Source: the human T2T-CHM13v2.0 reference genome, Homo sapiens
Reading direction: 5' to 3' (one strand)
DNA: 64,000 bases
NCBI RefSeq assembly: GCF_009914755.1
Contig: NC_060926.1
Of the stretch, positions 12,900 through 26,653 are shown in pieces (positions within the stretch are counted from its first letter, which is position 1; each line of letters opens with the position of its first letter). Under the pieces are notes generated by a model. It worked only from the letters and a program-made list of their open reading frames with translations. It was not told the origin of the DNA and did not search any database. A program made the position numbers and the translations under genes.

Positions 12900-13085
12900 T
12901 TAAAAAAGGATAACTGGAAAACACGTAGACTTGAATATGAACATAAGAACTACATGTCAAAATTTCTAGAATGCAGATGCAGCCACAGAAGTGAGAACTG
13001 AAATTATACTCTTAAAAATATTCAATAAAACAAGATGAAAAATAAATGATTTTAGCAATCAGCCTACAAAACTATCCTTAGAACA
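12900..13085 (+). mobile_element. Ancient L1M ORF2 fragment
   Basis: ACTACATGTCAAAATTTCTAGAATGCAG resembles L1 ACAACATATCAAAATTTGTGGGATGCAG. Confidence 0.55.
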
Positions 13086-13089
13086 AAAG

Positions 13090-13420
13090 GCTTGTTTTGC
13101 TCAGCTTGCCTATGAGATCAGTTCAGGTTGTAGTTCTTTCATTTACATTTCTGTGCTGAATTCCATTGAAGAATAAGCCACAATTAGTTTACCAGTTCTT
13201 CTGTGGATGGGAACATGAATTGCTTCTAATATTTAGTTACATATAAAGCTGCTATGAAAATCCAGACACAATTATTTTCGTGACTGTGTTTTTTTTCTCT
13301 AGTATTTATAAAAATTGTATTACTGGGTCAAATGGTAGGTAGAGTTTTAACTTTGTAAGAAATTGTCAACCCTTTTGTCAAAAGTACCATTTACATTCCA
13401 AGCAGCTTCAAGTATTTGAA
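13090..13420 (-). mobile_element. L1M 3' region fragment
   Basis: AATTCCATTG...CTGTGGATGGGAACAT...AAAGCTGCTATGAAAAT...TACTGGGTCAAATGGTAGG...TTTAACTTTGTAAGAAATTGTCAA. Confidence 0.75.
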
Positions 13421-14100
13421 AGGAGAAACAACCTCAATACTTTTTGGTGAAGGGTATGATTGCATGCCAATAACATAATCAGAAAATGTTTTAAAACCAG
13501 TAAAAGTTTACAGTTTTAAGTTCAACATCTTAAAATGCAGCTTTTCTATATACCAGGATCTATTAATTATAAAAATATAATGAAAGCATTCCATTACAAA
13601 AATAATAAAACCACATATTTTAAAGTATAATAAAAGCATTTAACAAGAAATATGTAAGTATCATATGAGTGAAATCATGAAACTTTAGTGAAGAACATAA
13701 AAAGATATAATTTGTGGTAAAATGTGCCATATATTTCTAGTTAGTGAAAATGTAAGCTCTCCTCAATTAAATCTATGAATTCAGTAAAATTGTAATCAGA
13801 AGTGTAATAGATATATAATAGAAAATTATAGACATATTAAAATGTATATGAAAGATTACAAATTAATTTGAATTATATTCATTATATATACATAAAAGGA
13901 ATAAACTATTTCAGAAAGGAAAATACAAAAAATGTGAAATTAATTCAATAAGGATATTTGTATGAAGGCATGTAATGGGATGGTATTAGTGTAATAATTC
14001 ACAAATATATGAGAATAATACATTTATTTAAAGAATTGCATTGATTACCCATTTATAAGCAAATAAAGTTAGAATTTAATTCAAACCAGTCACTATAATG
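13420..14100 (+). mobile_element. Ancient L1M ORF2 (RT region) fragment
   Basis: A-rich; CAGCTTTTCTATATACCAG, TTTAACAAGAAATATGTAAG, GAAACTTTAGTGAAGAACATAAAA, AAATCTATGAATTCAGTAAAAT. Confidence 0.6.
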
Positions 14101-14502
14101 CACATATTTCAGAGGGAGAGGGAGAGGGAGAGAAATATTAATCTTAAATTTATATTTATTTTAAGAGTTTATTCCTTTTGTTTAATCACTGAGTCTAAGA
14201 GCATAAGGAAAACCAAGAAATCATCTGGTCCAGTTTTTTTTTTTCAAATTGTTTTGTAATATAATAATATTGTAAAAATATGACTTAGGAAGAAAAAAGA
14301 GCCTAAAGGAAGGTAAGGGATACTGATAGCTCTTTGAAAGGAAAAAGGAAAGAAACTGAGCCTGTGAAGTGAACCCCTAGCTTCAACAAGAAAAACTCAG
14401 TTTTCACTTGTTTTACAATTAGTGATTGCATGTGAGCTTTCATTATGAAAAAGGTTCCATACTGACAGGCCAGTATATAGTATGCAGTTGACAGATTAGT
14501 TA

Positions 14503-14530
14503 GATGATGATGATGATGATGATAGATAGA

Positions 14531-14563
<33 letters not shown>
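14503..14563 (+). repeat. Compound microsatellite (GAT)6(GATA)7(GACA)3
   Basis: Read directly. Confidence 0.97.
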
Positions 14564-15058
14564 TAAACATTTCTGATCTCATATACCATTCTGATTTTTC
14601 CATTTGCAGAAACAGAGATCCAAAGGATTAAATTCCTTTCTTATAGACATTCAGCTAGAAATCAGCAGCATCTGAATTTGAACATACAACTTTTTTTCCT
14701 AAGGAAAATGATCAGAGGCTAGTCACCCTGTTTCTCAGCTTGCCTTCCATTTTCTTTTTAATCAACATATATATTTACACGTGGCTTACTGTATGGATGA
14801 ATACATCTGTGTGCCAGTCTGAATACAAAATCACCTGATCTCCAATACATACACACACATACACACACTCACAAATGTGCATATAGTAATATAAATAAAT
14901 AAATATACTACCACAAGACAATAATTTCCTCCATGCCAGGCCTATCACTTTCTACTCCTTTCTGTATTATTTTAGCTTGGATTCAAATAAATCTTCAGCT
15001 GCAATGAAATCGTTTTTTTATAGTGTAACTAGATATTGGAAATGCATGGATGTTTCTA

Positions 15059-15456
<398 letters not shown>

Positions 15457-16526
15457 TTATCTGTATGGAAATGTGGAAACCAATGAAATATGATTCAGTA
15501 TCTATATATATCCAGTAATAATTTAAGATGACCACAAAACTAATGTATTTGAATTTCTTACAAATACGATGCCAGCACTAATCCTGAGATAATAATAACA
15601 AATCCATCACGTGTGTCATGATTAGTCTGCCTGCTCATTGAGTACATTTTCTGTAACTCTGGTAATTTAAGAAGAACTCCAAATTTATGAAACAAAGTTT
15701 TACCACCCACTTGCATTTTCATTTGAGAAAAAGGCAGCAGGTCTCTCTACAGAACACCAATTGATAGTACATTCGCTATGAAAATACACTCTGATTTCCT
15801 CAACAGTCCTGTAATATAAAGTGTCATTCTTAAATTTGCCGAAAAGAAAACCTAGAATCGAATCCCCTGCTTGAGAACTGACTAGCAGTGTGCCTTCAGG
15901 GAAGTCATTTTTTTCCTCTGGTTATATTTGCCCTTTATAAAAGTAGTTGAGACTTTTGAATGAGAAACTGTACAAAAATGTACTATGTAAATCAGAAAAC
16001 ACACCACAGATTTTGGTTGTTGGTGTTGCAATCACTGGGCACAATAAAAAGATATATAGAAATATTCCTAATGGTAGCTTGTGATTTGCTCTTGACATGT
16101 AACCCAGAAAAAGATTCTAACAGCAATCCCAAAGAACATTTCAACCTGGCAAACATATTTTGAACTCAAACTATGATTGAGTAGCTAAAAATATATTTTA
16201 GTAGCTGGTGTTGTAGGGAATCTTACCATGCTAAAAGTGATTTGATAATAAAATACAATGATAGTGTGATAACTGTGCAGATTCAGACACTGCCCATGAA
16301 AGTAAGTGAAAAATAAAAGTCTAAGGGCAAAGCATGTAGAGTTCCTAAAGAAATAGGATTGAAAGCATTTATGCTTTCCATGAGGGTATATATGTGTGAC
16401 AGAAGACTTTTATAAAAGGGAGTTATTTTTCCTACCTACAATGCATTAATAATAATAATAGCACTCAGTCTGTCCAGCATGGAAAGACAAGAGCATTGAA
16501 CTAGGACTTAGAAGAACTACATAGTA

Positions 16527-16831
16527 GGCCGGGCATGTTGGCTCACACCTGTAATCCTAGCACTTTGGGAGGCCAAGGCAGGTGAATCACCTGAGGTCAG
16601 GAGTTCAAGACCAGCCTGGCCAACACGGCAGAACCCCATCTCTACTAAAAATACAAAAAAAAAAAATAGCTGTATGTGGCATGTGCCTGTAATACCAGCT
16701 ACTCAGGAGGCCGAGGCAGGAGAATCACTTGCACCGGGGAGGCAGGGGTTGCAGTGAGCCAAGATCACACTGCTGCACTCAAGCCTGGACAATAAAGCAT
16801 GACTCCATCTCAAAAAAAAAAAAAAAAAAAA
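16527..16831 (+). mobile_element. Full-length AluSx-like element
   Basis: CACCTGAGGTCAGGAGTTCAAGACCAGCCTGGCCAAC; perfect 17-bp TSD AGAAGAACTACATAGTA at 16510 and 16953. Confidence 0.97.
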
Positions 16832-16959
16832 GGAAGAAGGAGAAAGGAGGAAGAGGAGGAGGAGGAGGAATAGGAAGAAGAGGAAGAGGAGGAAGAGGAA
16901 GAAAGAAGAAAGAAGAAGAAAAGAGGAAGAGGAAGAAGAAGAAAGAAGAAGAAGAAGAA
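16832..16959 (+). repeat. Imperfect (GAA/GGA)n polypurine tract in the Alu tail
   Basis: All purine except one T (16871); lies between the poly-A and the 3' TSD. Confidence 0.95.
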
Positions 16960-18194
16960 CTACATAGTAGTGTCTTGGCCATGCCTCTATATGTCTCCAT
17001 TTATCATTCCCTTAACTGAAAATGTGGGTTTCGAGTATAAAAGCTGCCTAAGACTCCTTTCAGTTTTAAAAAAAATGATGGTGGGGATAGGGTGAGGAAC
17101 AAAGCGGTAAACTATGCCAAGAGTTCTTCTATGTGTCTCTAAGAATCACTTTATACAACTACATGGAGATCTTGATTGACTGTAAATGTGGTCTACCCGT
17201 GATTTTTAAGTCTTATGCATATCATCATTAACTGGAAAGCTTCTAGAATTTGTACTGATGGAGCTCACTAGTCAGGATTTCTAATTTAATATATTTTTCT
17301 GTCTTTTCCCTCATTGGATGGTGAACACATTGACATTCACTTGTACCCCAGGACCTAGCATTTTTAGGTCCACCAAAGATTTGCAGAACAAGTGAATAAT
17401 GAGTTCTAAGTTTTATGGGGCAACAATATGTAACATTTGTGGGGGAGAAGGCAAGTGCACATTTGTCAAAGAAATGTCTAACACACAATGTCTTCAAGGA
17501 GTACAGGGACTAGACCAAGGGAGAGGCAGAGGGATGAACTATTACCTTAATCTAAAGGTGGACAATTTAGATCTCTAAGCCATCAAATTTAGGAAACAAT
17601 GAGTTGTTTTTTATTGCATGCAAGTGCAATTCAGATAGCGTGATGAATTAATGCCGGGCAGGAAAAGATGCTAAGTTAATACAAGGTCTTGAATGTCACT
17701 CCAGAGACTAACATATTTGCTCAGGGCTTTCAATTTTAAAAAACAATTTGGGTTATAAAATGCTATTTTTCTAATAAATTGTTGCAAAGATGTTTCGTGC
17801 ATAAATCATATTTTTAAATAAGCATAGTAATGCTGAAGTAAGGCTTAGGTCCCCAGAGCTCTACAGATGTGGGGAGCTAGCCCAGCCTTTAAGACCCTTT
17901 CATGAAGTAAACACAGGGCCCCACCAAAAGCACCATGAAGCACAGTAGAAGAATTACGTTTTTCGGAGTTCTTACAGTATATCTGAGTGTATCTCTATAT
18001 TATCTGTGTATCTAAAGTGTTTTGATGTCATTACTTTTTAAAAATCTAACCAGAAGGCATCAATGAAATCTTTCACATAACTATGTCACAACAGCCATAT
18101 AACTCCTCCAGTTTGAGAGATTAAAAAGCGAAAATAATGTCCATTTACTTATCTTCTACAGTTGACTGCTTCTGTATCATTATTTGGTAACATT

Positions 18195-20585
18195 TTCATT
18201 TGTTTATTTGTTGTGTTTTTTTTCCTTCAACTTTTATTTTAAGTTCAGGGGTACACGTGCAGAATGTGCAGGTTTGTTACATAGGTAAATCTGTGCCACA
18301 GTGGTGTGCTGTAAAGATCATCCCATCACCTAGCTATTAAGCCCAGCATCTCTTACCTATACTCCCTGATGGTCTCCCTACCCCCACCCCCCACACAGGC
18401 CCCAGTGTGTGTTTTTCTCCCACCATATGTTCTCATGATTCAGCTCCTACTCACAAGCGAGAACATGCAGTGTTTGTTTTTCTGTTCCTGTGTTAGTTTG
18501 CTGAGAATAATGGCTTTCAGCTCCATCCAAGTCCTTGCAAAGGACATGATTTCATTCCTTTTTATGGCTGCAAAGTATTCCATGGTGTATATGCACCACA
18601 TTTTCTTTATCCAGTCCATCATTGATGGGCATTTAGGTTGATTCCATGTCTTTGCTATTGTGAATAGCACTGTAATGAACATACAGGTGCATGTATCTTT
18701 ATAATACAATAATTTATATTCCTTTGTATACACCCAATAATGGAATTGCTGGATCAAATGATATTTCTGCCTCTGGGTTTTTGAAAAATTGCCACACTTT
18801 CTTCCAGAATAGTTGAACTAATTTACACTCACACCAACAGTATAAAAGTGGTCCATTTTCTGCACAACCTCACCAGCATATTTGGTTTTTTCACTTTTTA
18901 ATAATAGCCATTCTGACTTCCATGAGATGGTATCTTATTATGGTTTTTATTTGCATCTCTCTAATGATTAGTGATGTTGAGCTTTTTTTCATATGCCTGT
19001 TGGCTGCGTGTATGTCTTCTTTTGAGAAGTGCCTGTTCATATCCTTTGCCCACTCTTTAATTTTTTTTGTTTGTTTGTTTCTTGTAAACTCCTTTAAGTT
19101 CCTTATGGATTCTAGATACTAGACTTTCATCAGATGGATAGATTGCAAAATTTTCTTCCATTGTGTAGATTGTCTGTTCACTCTGATGATAGTTTCTTTT
19201 GCTGTGCAGAAGCTCTTTGATTTAATTAGATCCCATTTGTAAATTTTTCTTTCACTGCAATTGTTTTTGCCATTTTCATCATGAAATATTTGCCTGTGCC
19301 TATGTCCTGAATGGTATTGCTTAGATTTTCTTCTAGAGTTTTTATAGTTTTGGGTTTTACATTTAAGTCTTTAATCCACCTTGAGTTGATTTTTGTATAT
19401 GGTGTAAGGAAACTGCACCATAGTTTCAATTTTCTGCATATGGCTAGCTAGTTTCCCCAGCACCATTTTTTAAATAGGGAATCCTTTCCCCATTGCTTGT
19501 TTTGATAAGGTTTTCCAAAGATCAGATGGATATAGTTGTGTGGTTTTATTGGTCTATGTGTCTGTTCTTGTACCAGTGCCATGCTGTTTTTCTTACTGTA
19601 GCCTTATAGTATAATTTGAAGTCAGGTAGTGTGATGCCTTCAGCTATGTTCTTTTTGCTCAGGATTCTCTTGGCTACCCGGGCTGTTTTTTGGTTCTATA
19701 TGCATTTCAAATAGTTTTTTCTAATTCTTTGAAGAATGCCAATGTTAGTTTGATGGGAATAGCATTGAATCTATAAATTACTTTGGGCAGTATGGCCTTT
19801 TTCACAATATTGATTCTTCCTATCCATGAACATGGAATGTTTCTGCATTTGTTTGTGTCATCTCTGATTTCTTTGAGCAGTTCTTTGTAGTGCTCCTTGA
19901 AGAGGTCCTTCACGTCCCTTGTTAGCTGTATTCCTAGGTATTTTATTCTTTTTGTAGCAATTATGAATGGGAGTTAATTCATGATTTGGGTCTCTGCCTG
20001 CATGGTGTTGGTATATAGGAAGGCTAGTGATTTTTGCAAGTTGATTTTGTATCCTGAGACTTTACTGAAGTTGCTTATCAGCTTAAGAAGCTTTTGGGCA
20101 GAGATGATGAAGTTTTTAGATATAGGATCATGTCATCTGCAAAAAAAGATAATTTGAATTCCTCTCTTCCTATTTGGATACCTTTATTACTTTCTCCTGT
20201 CTGATTTCCCTGGCCAGAACTTCCAATACCGTGTTGAGTAGGAGTGGTGAGAGAGGGCGTCTTTGTTTTCTGCTTGTTTTCAAGGGGAATGCTTCCAGCT
20301 TTTTCCCATTTAGTATGATATTGGTTGTGGGCTTGTCATATATGGCTCTTATTTTGAGGTATGTGCCTTCAATACCTAGTTTATGGAGACTTTGTAGCAT
20401 GAGGGGGCGTTGAATTTGATCGGAATTTGATCAGAAAACATGCAGGACTTTTCTGCATCTATTGATATAATCTTGTAGTTTCTGTCTTTAGTTCTGTTTA
20501 TGTGATCAATCACATTTATTGATTTGCGTATATTGAACCAAACTTGCATACTGGGGATGAAGCCAACTTCATTGTAGTGGATAAG
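18195..20585 (-). mobile_element. 5'-truncated L1PA (L1PA13-15-like), ~2.4 kb
   Basis: 3' UTR AACTTTTATTTTAAGTTCAGGGGTACA...; ORF2p fragments in the ORF track (TIAKTWNQPKCPSMMDWIKK; [20 protein letters not shown]; [13 protein letters not shown]; [17 protein letters not shown]). Confidence 0.97.
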
Positions 20586-21046
20586 GAAAGCACAATTTTT
20601 AAAGCAACATCTTGTGTGGACACAAAAATATGATACGTTCATTTTAATATTTTCTAACAGCATGGAAAAAATCACACAAAATGCAAATAATCCCAGGGTT
20701 TGCACTTAGGATGTAAAATTTCTGCATATGAAGTTGATATATTTTCAACCATGTATTCAATAAGAATTTTATAAAACCAGTACATTAGATTTAACAATTA
20801 AATATCTGTTTTAAGCCTGTACTTTTGAAAACTATTTTTGCAAATATATTAAATCAAATTGACTGTTAATTCATACATAATGGTATAAGACTAATTAAAT
20901 ATACACATAGTATTCATATGACTCCATACAGAAGAATTTACTATAGAAAGGTATGTATTATCATGTATTAGTCTCCAGTCATCACCTTACACACTGCTGT
21001 TATGCTTTCTCTGGCAAAGATAAAATATTAGATAATTTTTATAAAC

Positions 21047-21205
21047 CAAGAATGCTCAACTTCCATGTGTTTGTGGATCACCTGTGGATTGTGTAAATGT
21101 AGATTCTGCTTCACTAAGTCTGGGAGGAGACATGAATTCTTCATTTCTTACAAGCTCCCAGGTGATTCAGAAACTCTGGCTTACAGAGTGCTGTTGGAAT
21201 AGGAA
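21047..21205. mobile_element. MER5A remnant
   Basis: GATCACCTGTGGA..GTGTAAATGTAGATTCTG...CATTTCTTACAAGCTCCCAGGTGAT. Confidence 0.75.
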
Positions 21206-21319
21206 GTAGCTAAACAATATATGAGAGGACATTCAAGATGACAACCTCGTACCCTGTTCCTCATTTAAAACAATACCTCTTCTTTGTTTCTTCCACAGTT
21301 TGCCCTTGTGATTCTGAAA

Positions 21320-22395
21320 TGAAAAAAATAACTTGAGGGATACACAGGCAGATATGAGCAGATAGAAAGAAGAATCAACAAACTTGAAGATAGGACAATT
21401 GAAATTATCATGTCTGAGGAACAGAAATTTTAAATATATAATAATAATGAACAATATCTAAAGAACCTATGGAAAAACTACATACCAATATCCCTAATTA
21501 ATATTTGATATGGCTTGGCTCTCTGTCTCCATCCAAATCTCATGTAAAATTGTAATCCTCATGTGTTGAAGGAGGGGTATGGTGGGAGGTGATTGGATCA
21601 TGGGGATGGATTTCCTCCATGCTATTCTCATGATCATGAGTCCTCACAAGATCTGACGGTTTAAAAGTGTGGCACTTCTTTGCTCACTCTCTTTTTCTCC
21701 TGCTCCACTATGGTAAGACATGCTTGCTTCCCCTTTGCCTTCCGCCATGATTGTAAGTTTCCTGGTGCCTCATAACCACTCTTCCTGTATAGCTGGTGGA
21801 ACTGAGAGTTCCTCTTTTTTTTTCATAAATTACCCAGTCTCAGGTAGTTCTTTATAGCAATGTGAGCAATACTGATGCAAAAATTCTCAGTAAAATACTA
21901 GCAAAACAAATTCAACAGCATATTAAAAGAATTATACACCATGACCAAAGTGGGATCTATTATTAGTATGAAAAGATTGTTCAACATACAAAAAGCAATC
22001 AATGTAATATACCACATTAACAGAATAATGGAAATAAACAGTCATCTCCATTGGTGAAGAAAAAGTATTTAACAACATTCAATGCCCTTCCATGGTGAAA
22101 AAAAAAAAAGCTTTTCATGAGTGTTCACTCAACATACTAGCACTAGAATGAAACTACCGTAATGTAATAAAAGTCAAATATAAAAAACCCCACAGAAAAA
22201 TCATATTCAATTTCAGACTAAATGGTGAAAGACTGAAAAATTAGGAACAAGGCCAGGAAGCTTGCTTTTGTCATGTATATTCATCATAGTCCTGGAAGTC
22301 CTAGACAGAGCAAGAAGGCCAGCAAAATAAAAGGCTTAATACTGGAAAGGAAGAAATGACATTATATATGTTCACACATAAGATCTTATGTATAG
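21320..22395 (+). mobile_element. L1M fragment (ORF1 piece joined to ORF2 RT region), interrupted by MSTA
   Basis: GAAAGAAGAATCAACAAACTTGAAGATAGGACAATTGAAATTATC (ORF1); GATGCAAAAATTCTCAGTAAAATACTAGCAAA...ATACACCATGACCAAAGTGGG (ORF2). Confidence 0.85.
21506..21870 (+). mobile_element. MSTA (MaLR) solo LTR
   Basis: TGATATGGCTTGGCTCTCTGTCTCCATCCAAATCTCATG...CCGCCATGATTGTAAGTTTCCTG...ATAAATTACCCAGTCTCAGGTAGTTCTTTATAGCA. Confidence 0.92.
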
Positions 22396-22924
22396 TTCAT
22401 GCTTGGGACCGCTGAACCTCTATAGAGGGGTAATTAGTGTCATATGACAGCTATGGGTGCTGTACAATTTGTGTGCTGAACATATATTAATCTCCTTCTA
22501 ATTAAACCAAATTTGGTTCTATTTCTTGAAAATATAAATAATATCTATTTAGTTTACATAGGTGAAAAGTTCTGATTAAAGTAAGTAGGAACATAATATT
22601 AGCAGAAAGTCTCCACAACTGGAGGGAGAGATCTAAAAAACAAAATTTTATAAAAGTAATTACCTAAAATCTTCAATTAAGAAATATTAAGGGTTTTAAA
22701 AGTCATAAATGGTGTTACTTTGGGAATAAGATTTTTTAAATCCAAATTCCACCATTATGATAATTTGAAATCATTTAAAGCATTGGCACTATGGTTAATC
22801 ATACACAAGTAAATATAATGTAGCTTTAGAGTGTAACAGGTTATATCCAAAAATGAAACGAGAAGGATTTCTATCATTTGTACCTTTGATAGTTAGGAGA
22901 GTCAAATAATTTCTTCCAAATAAC

Positions 22925-23620
22925 TTTTTTTCATTTTTTAAATAATTTCAACTTTTATTTTTCATTCAGGTTGTACATGTGCAGGTTTGCTGCCTAGCTA
23001 CACATGTTGCGTGATGCTGAGGTTTGAGATACAATTGATCCTATCACCCAGGCACTGAGCATAGTACCAAATAGCTATTTTTTCATTCCTTGCCCCACTC
23101 CCTTCCTCCCTTCTTTAGTAGTCCCCAGTGTCTATTGCTCCCATCTTTATGTCCATGAGTACCCAGTGTTTAGCTCTCACTTATAAGTGATAACATGTGG
23201 TATTCAGTTTTCTGTTTTGTGGTACTTCACTTAGGATAATGGTCTCCAACTGCATCCATGTTGCTGCAAAAAAACCAGATTTCATTCTTTTTTTTTTTTG
23301 TCTGCATCGTATTCCATCGTGTACATGTACTGATGAGCATGAAGGCTCATTTCATGTCTTTGTTACTGTGAATAGTGCTCTGATGAACATATAACTACAT
23401 GTGTCTTTTTGGCGGAATGATTTATTTTCTTTTGGATATATACCCCCAGAGTGGGATTGCTGGGTTGAGTTTTAGTTCTGTTTTAAGTACTATGAGAAAT
23501 CTCTAAACTACTTTCCACAGTGGCTGAACTAATTTACATTTCCACCAACAGTGTGTAAGCATTCCTTTTTCACCACAGCCTTGCTAGCATCTGTTGTTTT
23601 TCAACTTTTTGGTAATAGCC
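22925..23620 (-). mobile_element. 5'-truncated L1PA15/16-like 3' end
   Basis: GCGTGATGCTGAGGTTTG...GAGCATAGTACC...TAGTAGTCCCCAGTGTCTATTG; TSD CCAAATAAC at 22916 and 23619. Confidence 0.93.
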
Positions 23621-23779
23621 AAATAACATCTGTATTACAGAATTCCTTTTCCACTTTCTTCACATTTATTTTATTCTCCATGTACACACATAGTTATAAA
23701 AAATGTCCTGATGAAGAGGAATAAAGACTTCACCTGACAAGAAACCAGAGATGCAGCAATTTGGTTTAAAACCAAAAGC

Positions 23780-23978
23780 CTAAGATTTAGACTAAAAGAG
23801 TTGAGTTTGTTCCACAAGTTGCTAGCTGTACAAACCTGGCCAATACTCTTAATCTCTCCAAGCCTACAACCCATCACTTATAAAGTAGGATACTCTACCT
23901 AGTTTTAAAGTCACAGGGTTAAATAAACCATGAGGATTAAGTAATATAAAATGTGAAAGCATATAGAGACTAGCTCAG
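23780..23978 (+). mobile_element. MIR (tail continues after the LTR16 insertion)
   Basis: GCTAGCTGTACAAACCTGGCCAA..CTTAATCTCTCCAAGCCT...GAGGATTAAGTAATATAAAATGTGAAAGCA; tail GTAAGTACTCA at ~24428. Confidence 0.7.
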
Positions 23979-24424
23979 TGTCTTGCTTGGGGTGATCCCA
24001 GAGTGGGTCAGATACAAGGATTTTAGGGCAATAATTTATTTGGGAAATTATTTCAGGAAGCCCTAGCAGAAGAAATGAGAGAGGCAAAGAAGAAAGTCAA
24101 TTAAGGGGCATCATAAAGCAAGTTACCACTGTGGGAAACTGGAGTTTAATCCTTCTGATAAACTCTAAGAGACAATGTACAATACATCCCTCTGATGTTT
24201 AAAAAGCTGAAGTATTTATCTTTGCCTGTTACTAGTTGAGAGCTGCTTCTGGGAGCATTAACTGTGCAGCGCTTCTAGCTTGCCCTATGTGTAGACTGAG
24301 CAGTCTTCCATAGACAGAAAAACGCCCTTAGGCAGAGAGTCACAGGTATCAACGTAAGCAGCCTTGTGCTTATAATGATGAGTGCCTAGCAGATATGAAT
24401 GGGCCAATTATGGCATTTGCCACA
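23979..24424 (-). mobile_element. LTR16 (ERVL) solo LTR, LTR16C-like
   Basis: TGTCTT...GATACAAGGATT...TTTATTTGGGA...AGTTACCACTGTGGGAAACTGGAGTTTAATCC...GCCACA. Confidence 0.8.
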
Positions 24425-24769
24425 CTCGTAAGTACTCAGAATGCAAGTCAGTTTCTTCCCACATTTCTCCCTCCACTTGGTGAAGCTATTTCAAAATGTG
24501 TTTTTCAACCATTCTACAATTTTTATTAAGTATCTACGAAGTGAAATCAGTACAAGTTTTATACGACGTAGTTTTATAAGACATAGTCTCCCAGAGAAAA
24601 ATATTACAGAAAGCTTCATGTCGTTACTATATTCTTTAAATAAAATCCCCCACAACACATCCTCTACCTAGAATTATTGCCGTTCTTCTAGCTGGTAAAA
24701 TCCTCCTCACCTATTTATCTCTTCCACCTTAACTAACTAATTTAAACTTTTGTAGCCACCACATTTCAT

Positions 24770-25230
24770 GGTCATTAACTATCACCTTATTAAATCTAAT
24801 AGATATTTGACAGTACACATCACCATTTAGAAACACCATCTTCTTGAAATTGTTTCTATACTTGACTCACAAGTCTTCTCGCAGCTTTCCTATGTCCCTG
24901 GCTTCTCCTTCAGCCTGTTTCTCAAGACTTTATTCTTTTCTGAGATCCTTTAATTATTAGGTAATTCAAGGTTTTTCTCTGGGTCCTCTTTCCCTGAAAG
25001 TCTATACTCCCTGCTCACACATGCTCATGACTTCCATTGTTCCGTTCATGATTCCCAAATTGGTGGAGTCTGTACACATGGCTTCTCAGAGCTATAGATA
25101 TACACTCATTTAATTATCAACCAGGTTTATGTAAATGTTACTCAATGCAAACAAATTCTACTTCAATTTGTCAAAATTTTACCCATCATGTTAGTCAAAG
25201 CCTGTTCCTATAGAGGCCATCCCAATAAAA
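24770..25230 (+). mobile_element. L2 fragment
   Basis: ATTTGACAGTA...CTTCTTGAAA...CTGGCTTCTCCTTC...CTCTGGGTCCTCTT...CATGATTCCCAAAT; pyrimidine-rich L2 pattern. Confidence 0.6.
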
Positions 25231-25808
25231 ATCACACTGTTCTTCTGGGTGTTTTCTCTTGGGTTTGTGGAGGTAAAATTGTTCAGGCAAGGACCTGCTA
25301 TGAGGAGAGCACTAAGTAAGAGCTTATCAGACACCTATGTGTTTGACCATGTCATCACAAAACTAGCATAATTACCTTATATGGTTTCAAGTACTGCCTT
25401 TTACATACAATATCAACTGCATCTAACATCCAGGTTCTAGTCTAGTGATGCTAACTTACTCTGTTGTCCCCAGGCTATAACATGGGAAGCATATGTAATC
25501 TCATTGCATCTAGGCAATTATAACCATTGTGCTCATGTATGCAATTGTTATGGTTTGCATCATAATGTGTAGAGAAGTATGACCTTGATAACAAGTTACA
25601 ACATTCTACAAACTGATCAGGCACCAGGAAGTCTATTCCTTGTTCTCCAGCAAACAGCAAGTTACTATGGAATGGTTAAAGACTGGTGGTAATTCTTTCT
25701 ACCCGATTGTAACAGCATTGAATTTTTAGTTTAACAACTATACAACTAATACTATAACAACTAAACACACAGCCTCATTTTCAATAACTGCCAAGGATGT
25801 GTAAGAAA

Positions 25809-25820
25809 ACACACACACAA

Positions 25821-25853
<33 letters not shown>

Positions 25854-25890
25854 CACAGAGAAAGAAAGAGAAAGAGAGAGAGAGAGAGAA
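25809..25890 (+). repeat. Interrupted (CA)n followed by (GA)n microsatellite
   Basis: Read directly. Confidence 0.93.
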
Positions 25891-26539
25891 GATAAATCAA
25901 AACCAAAATTTCTCCCTCAAGTTGGGCAGACAAACCAATATTAAAAAATACCTGAAGAAATCTAAAGCTAAATGAGGAATTCAACAACAGCCATTAGAAT
26001 AGGAACTTATTGCAGATAAATTAATATTATAGAAAAATTTTAGTCAGATGTTATTTGCTTAAAATAGATAATTTAGAATACTCAAAGACAGACATAGCAA
26101 AAAATATTCATAAATGAGAAAATTTGGGAACAAAAATAGGGATGAATGAAACATCACACAAATTTAAATTAACCACTTAGCAATCAGAGAAATAAAAATA
26201 TTAAAATATAAAATATAAATAATTCAAAAGGTAAGATAAACTCTATGCTAAGTATAGCCAGAGAGATAATTCATGAACACAGTATTGAGGAATTTAATCT
26301 AAACACAGCATAGTAAGGCAGTGAAGGATATATATGTATGTATACACACAGAGACAGAGACAAAGAAATAAAGGAGTTATCTGAAGCATAGTGAAAAGTC
26401 AGACTGATTTGATGATTGGAAATTACTATTTGGAAACTGAATACAGTAAATTTGCAAAGAGAAGGGAATGGAAGATACACACAGAAATTGGTGACTGAGT
26501 CAGGTATCCCACTTTTTTAGTTCTTGTGATACCTAACTG

Positions 26540-26653
26540 GTTTGCAATTCCTGCCCTGTGAGTCTTTGTATCCTTAAAATAAAACCCCACATTTATTGCA
26601 CTGGTTTGAGTGGGTCTCTTATTCTTGATACCCAAAGAACATTGACTAGAACA
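26540..26653 (+). mobile_element. Old ERVL/MaLR LTR 3' end (LTR33/MLT1-like)
   Basis: AATAAAACCCC...CTGGTTTGAGTGGGTCTC...CCAAAGAACATTGACTAGAACA. Confidence 0.55.

Noticed and set aside
16729-17019. RGG/lysine-rich 96-aa ORF resembling an RNA-binding protein
   Set aside because: Translation of the Alu tail and GAA/GGA repeat
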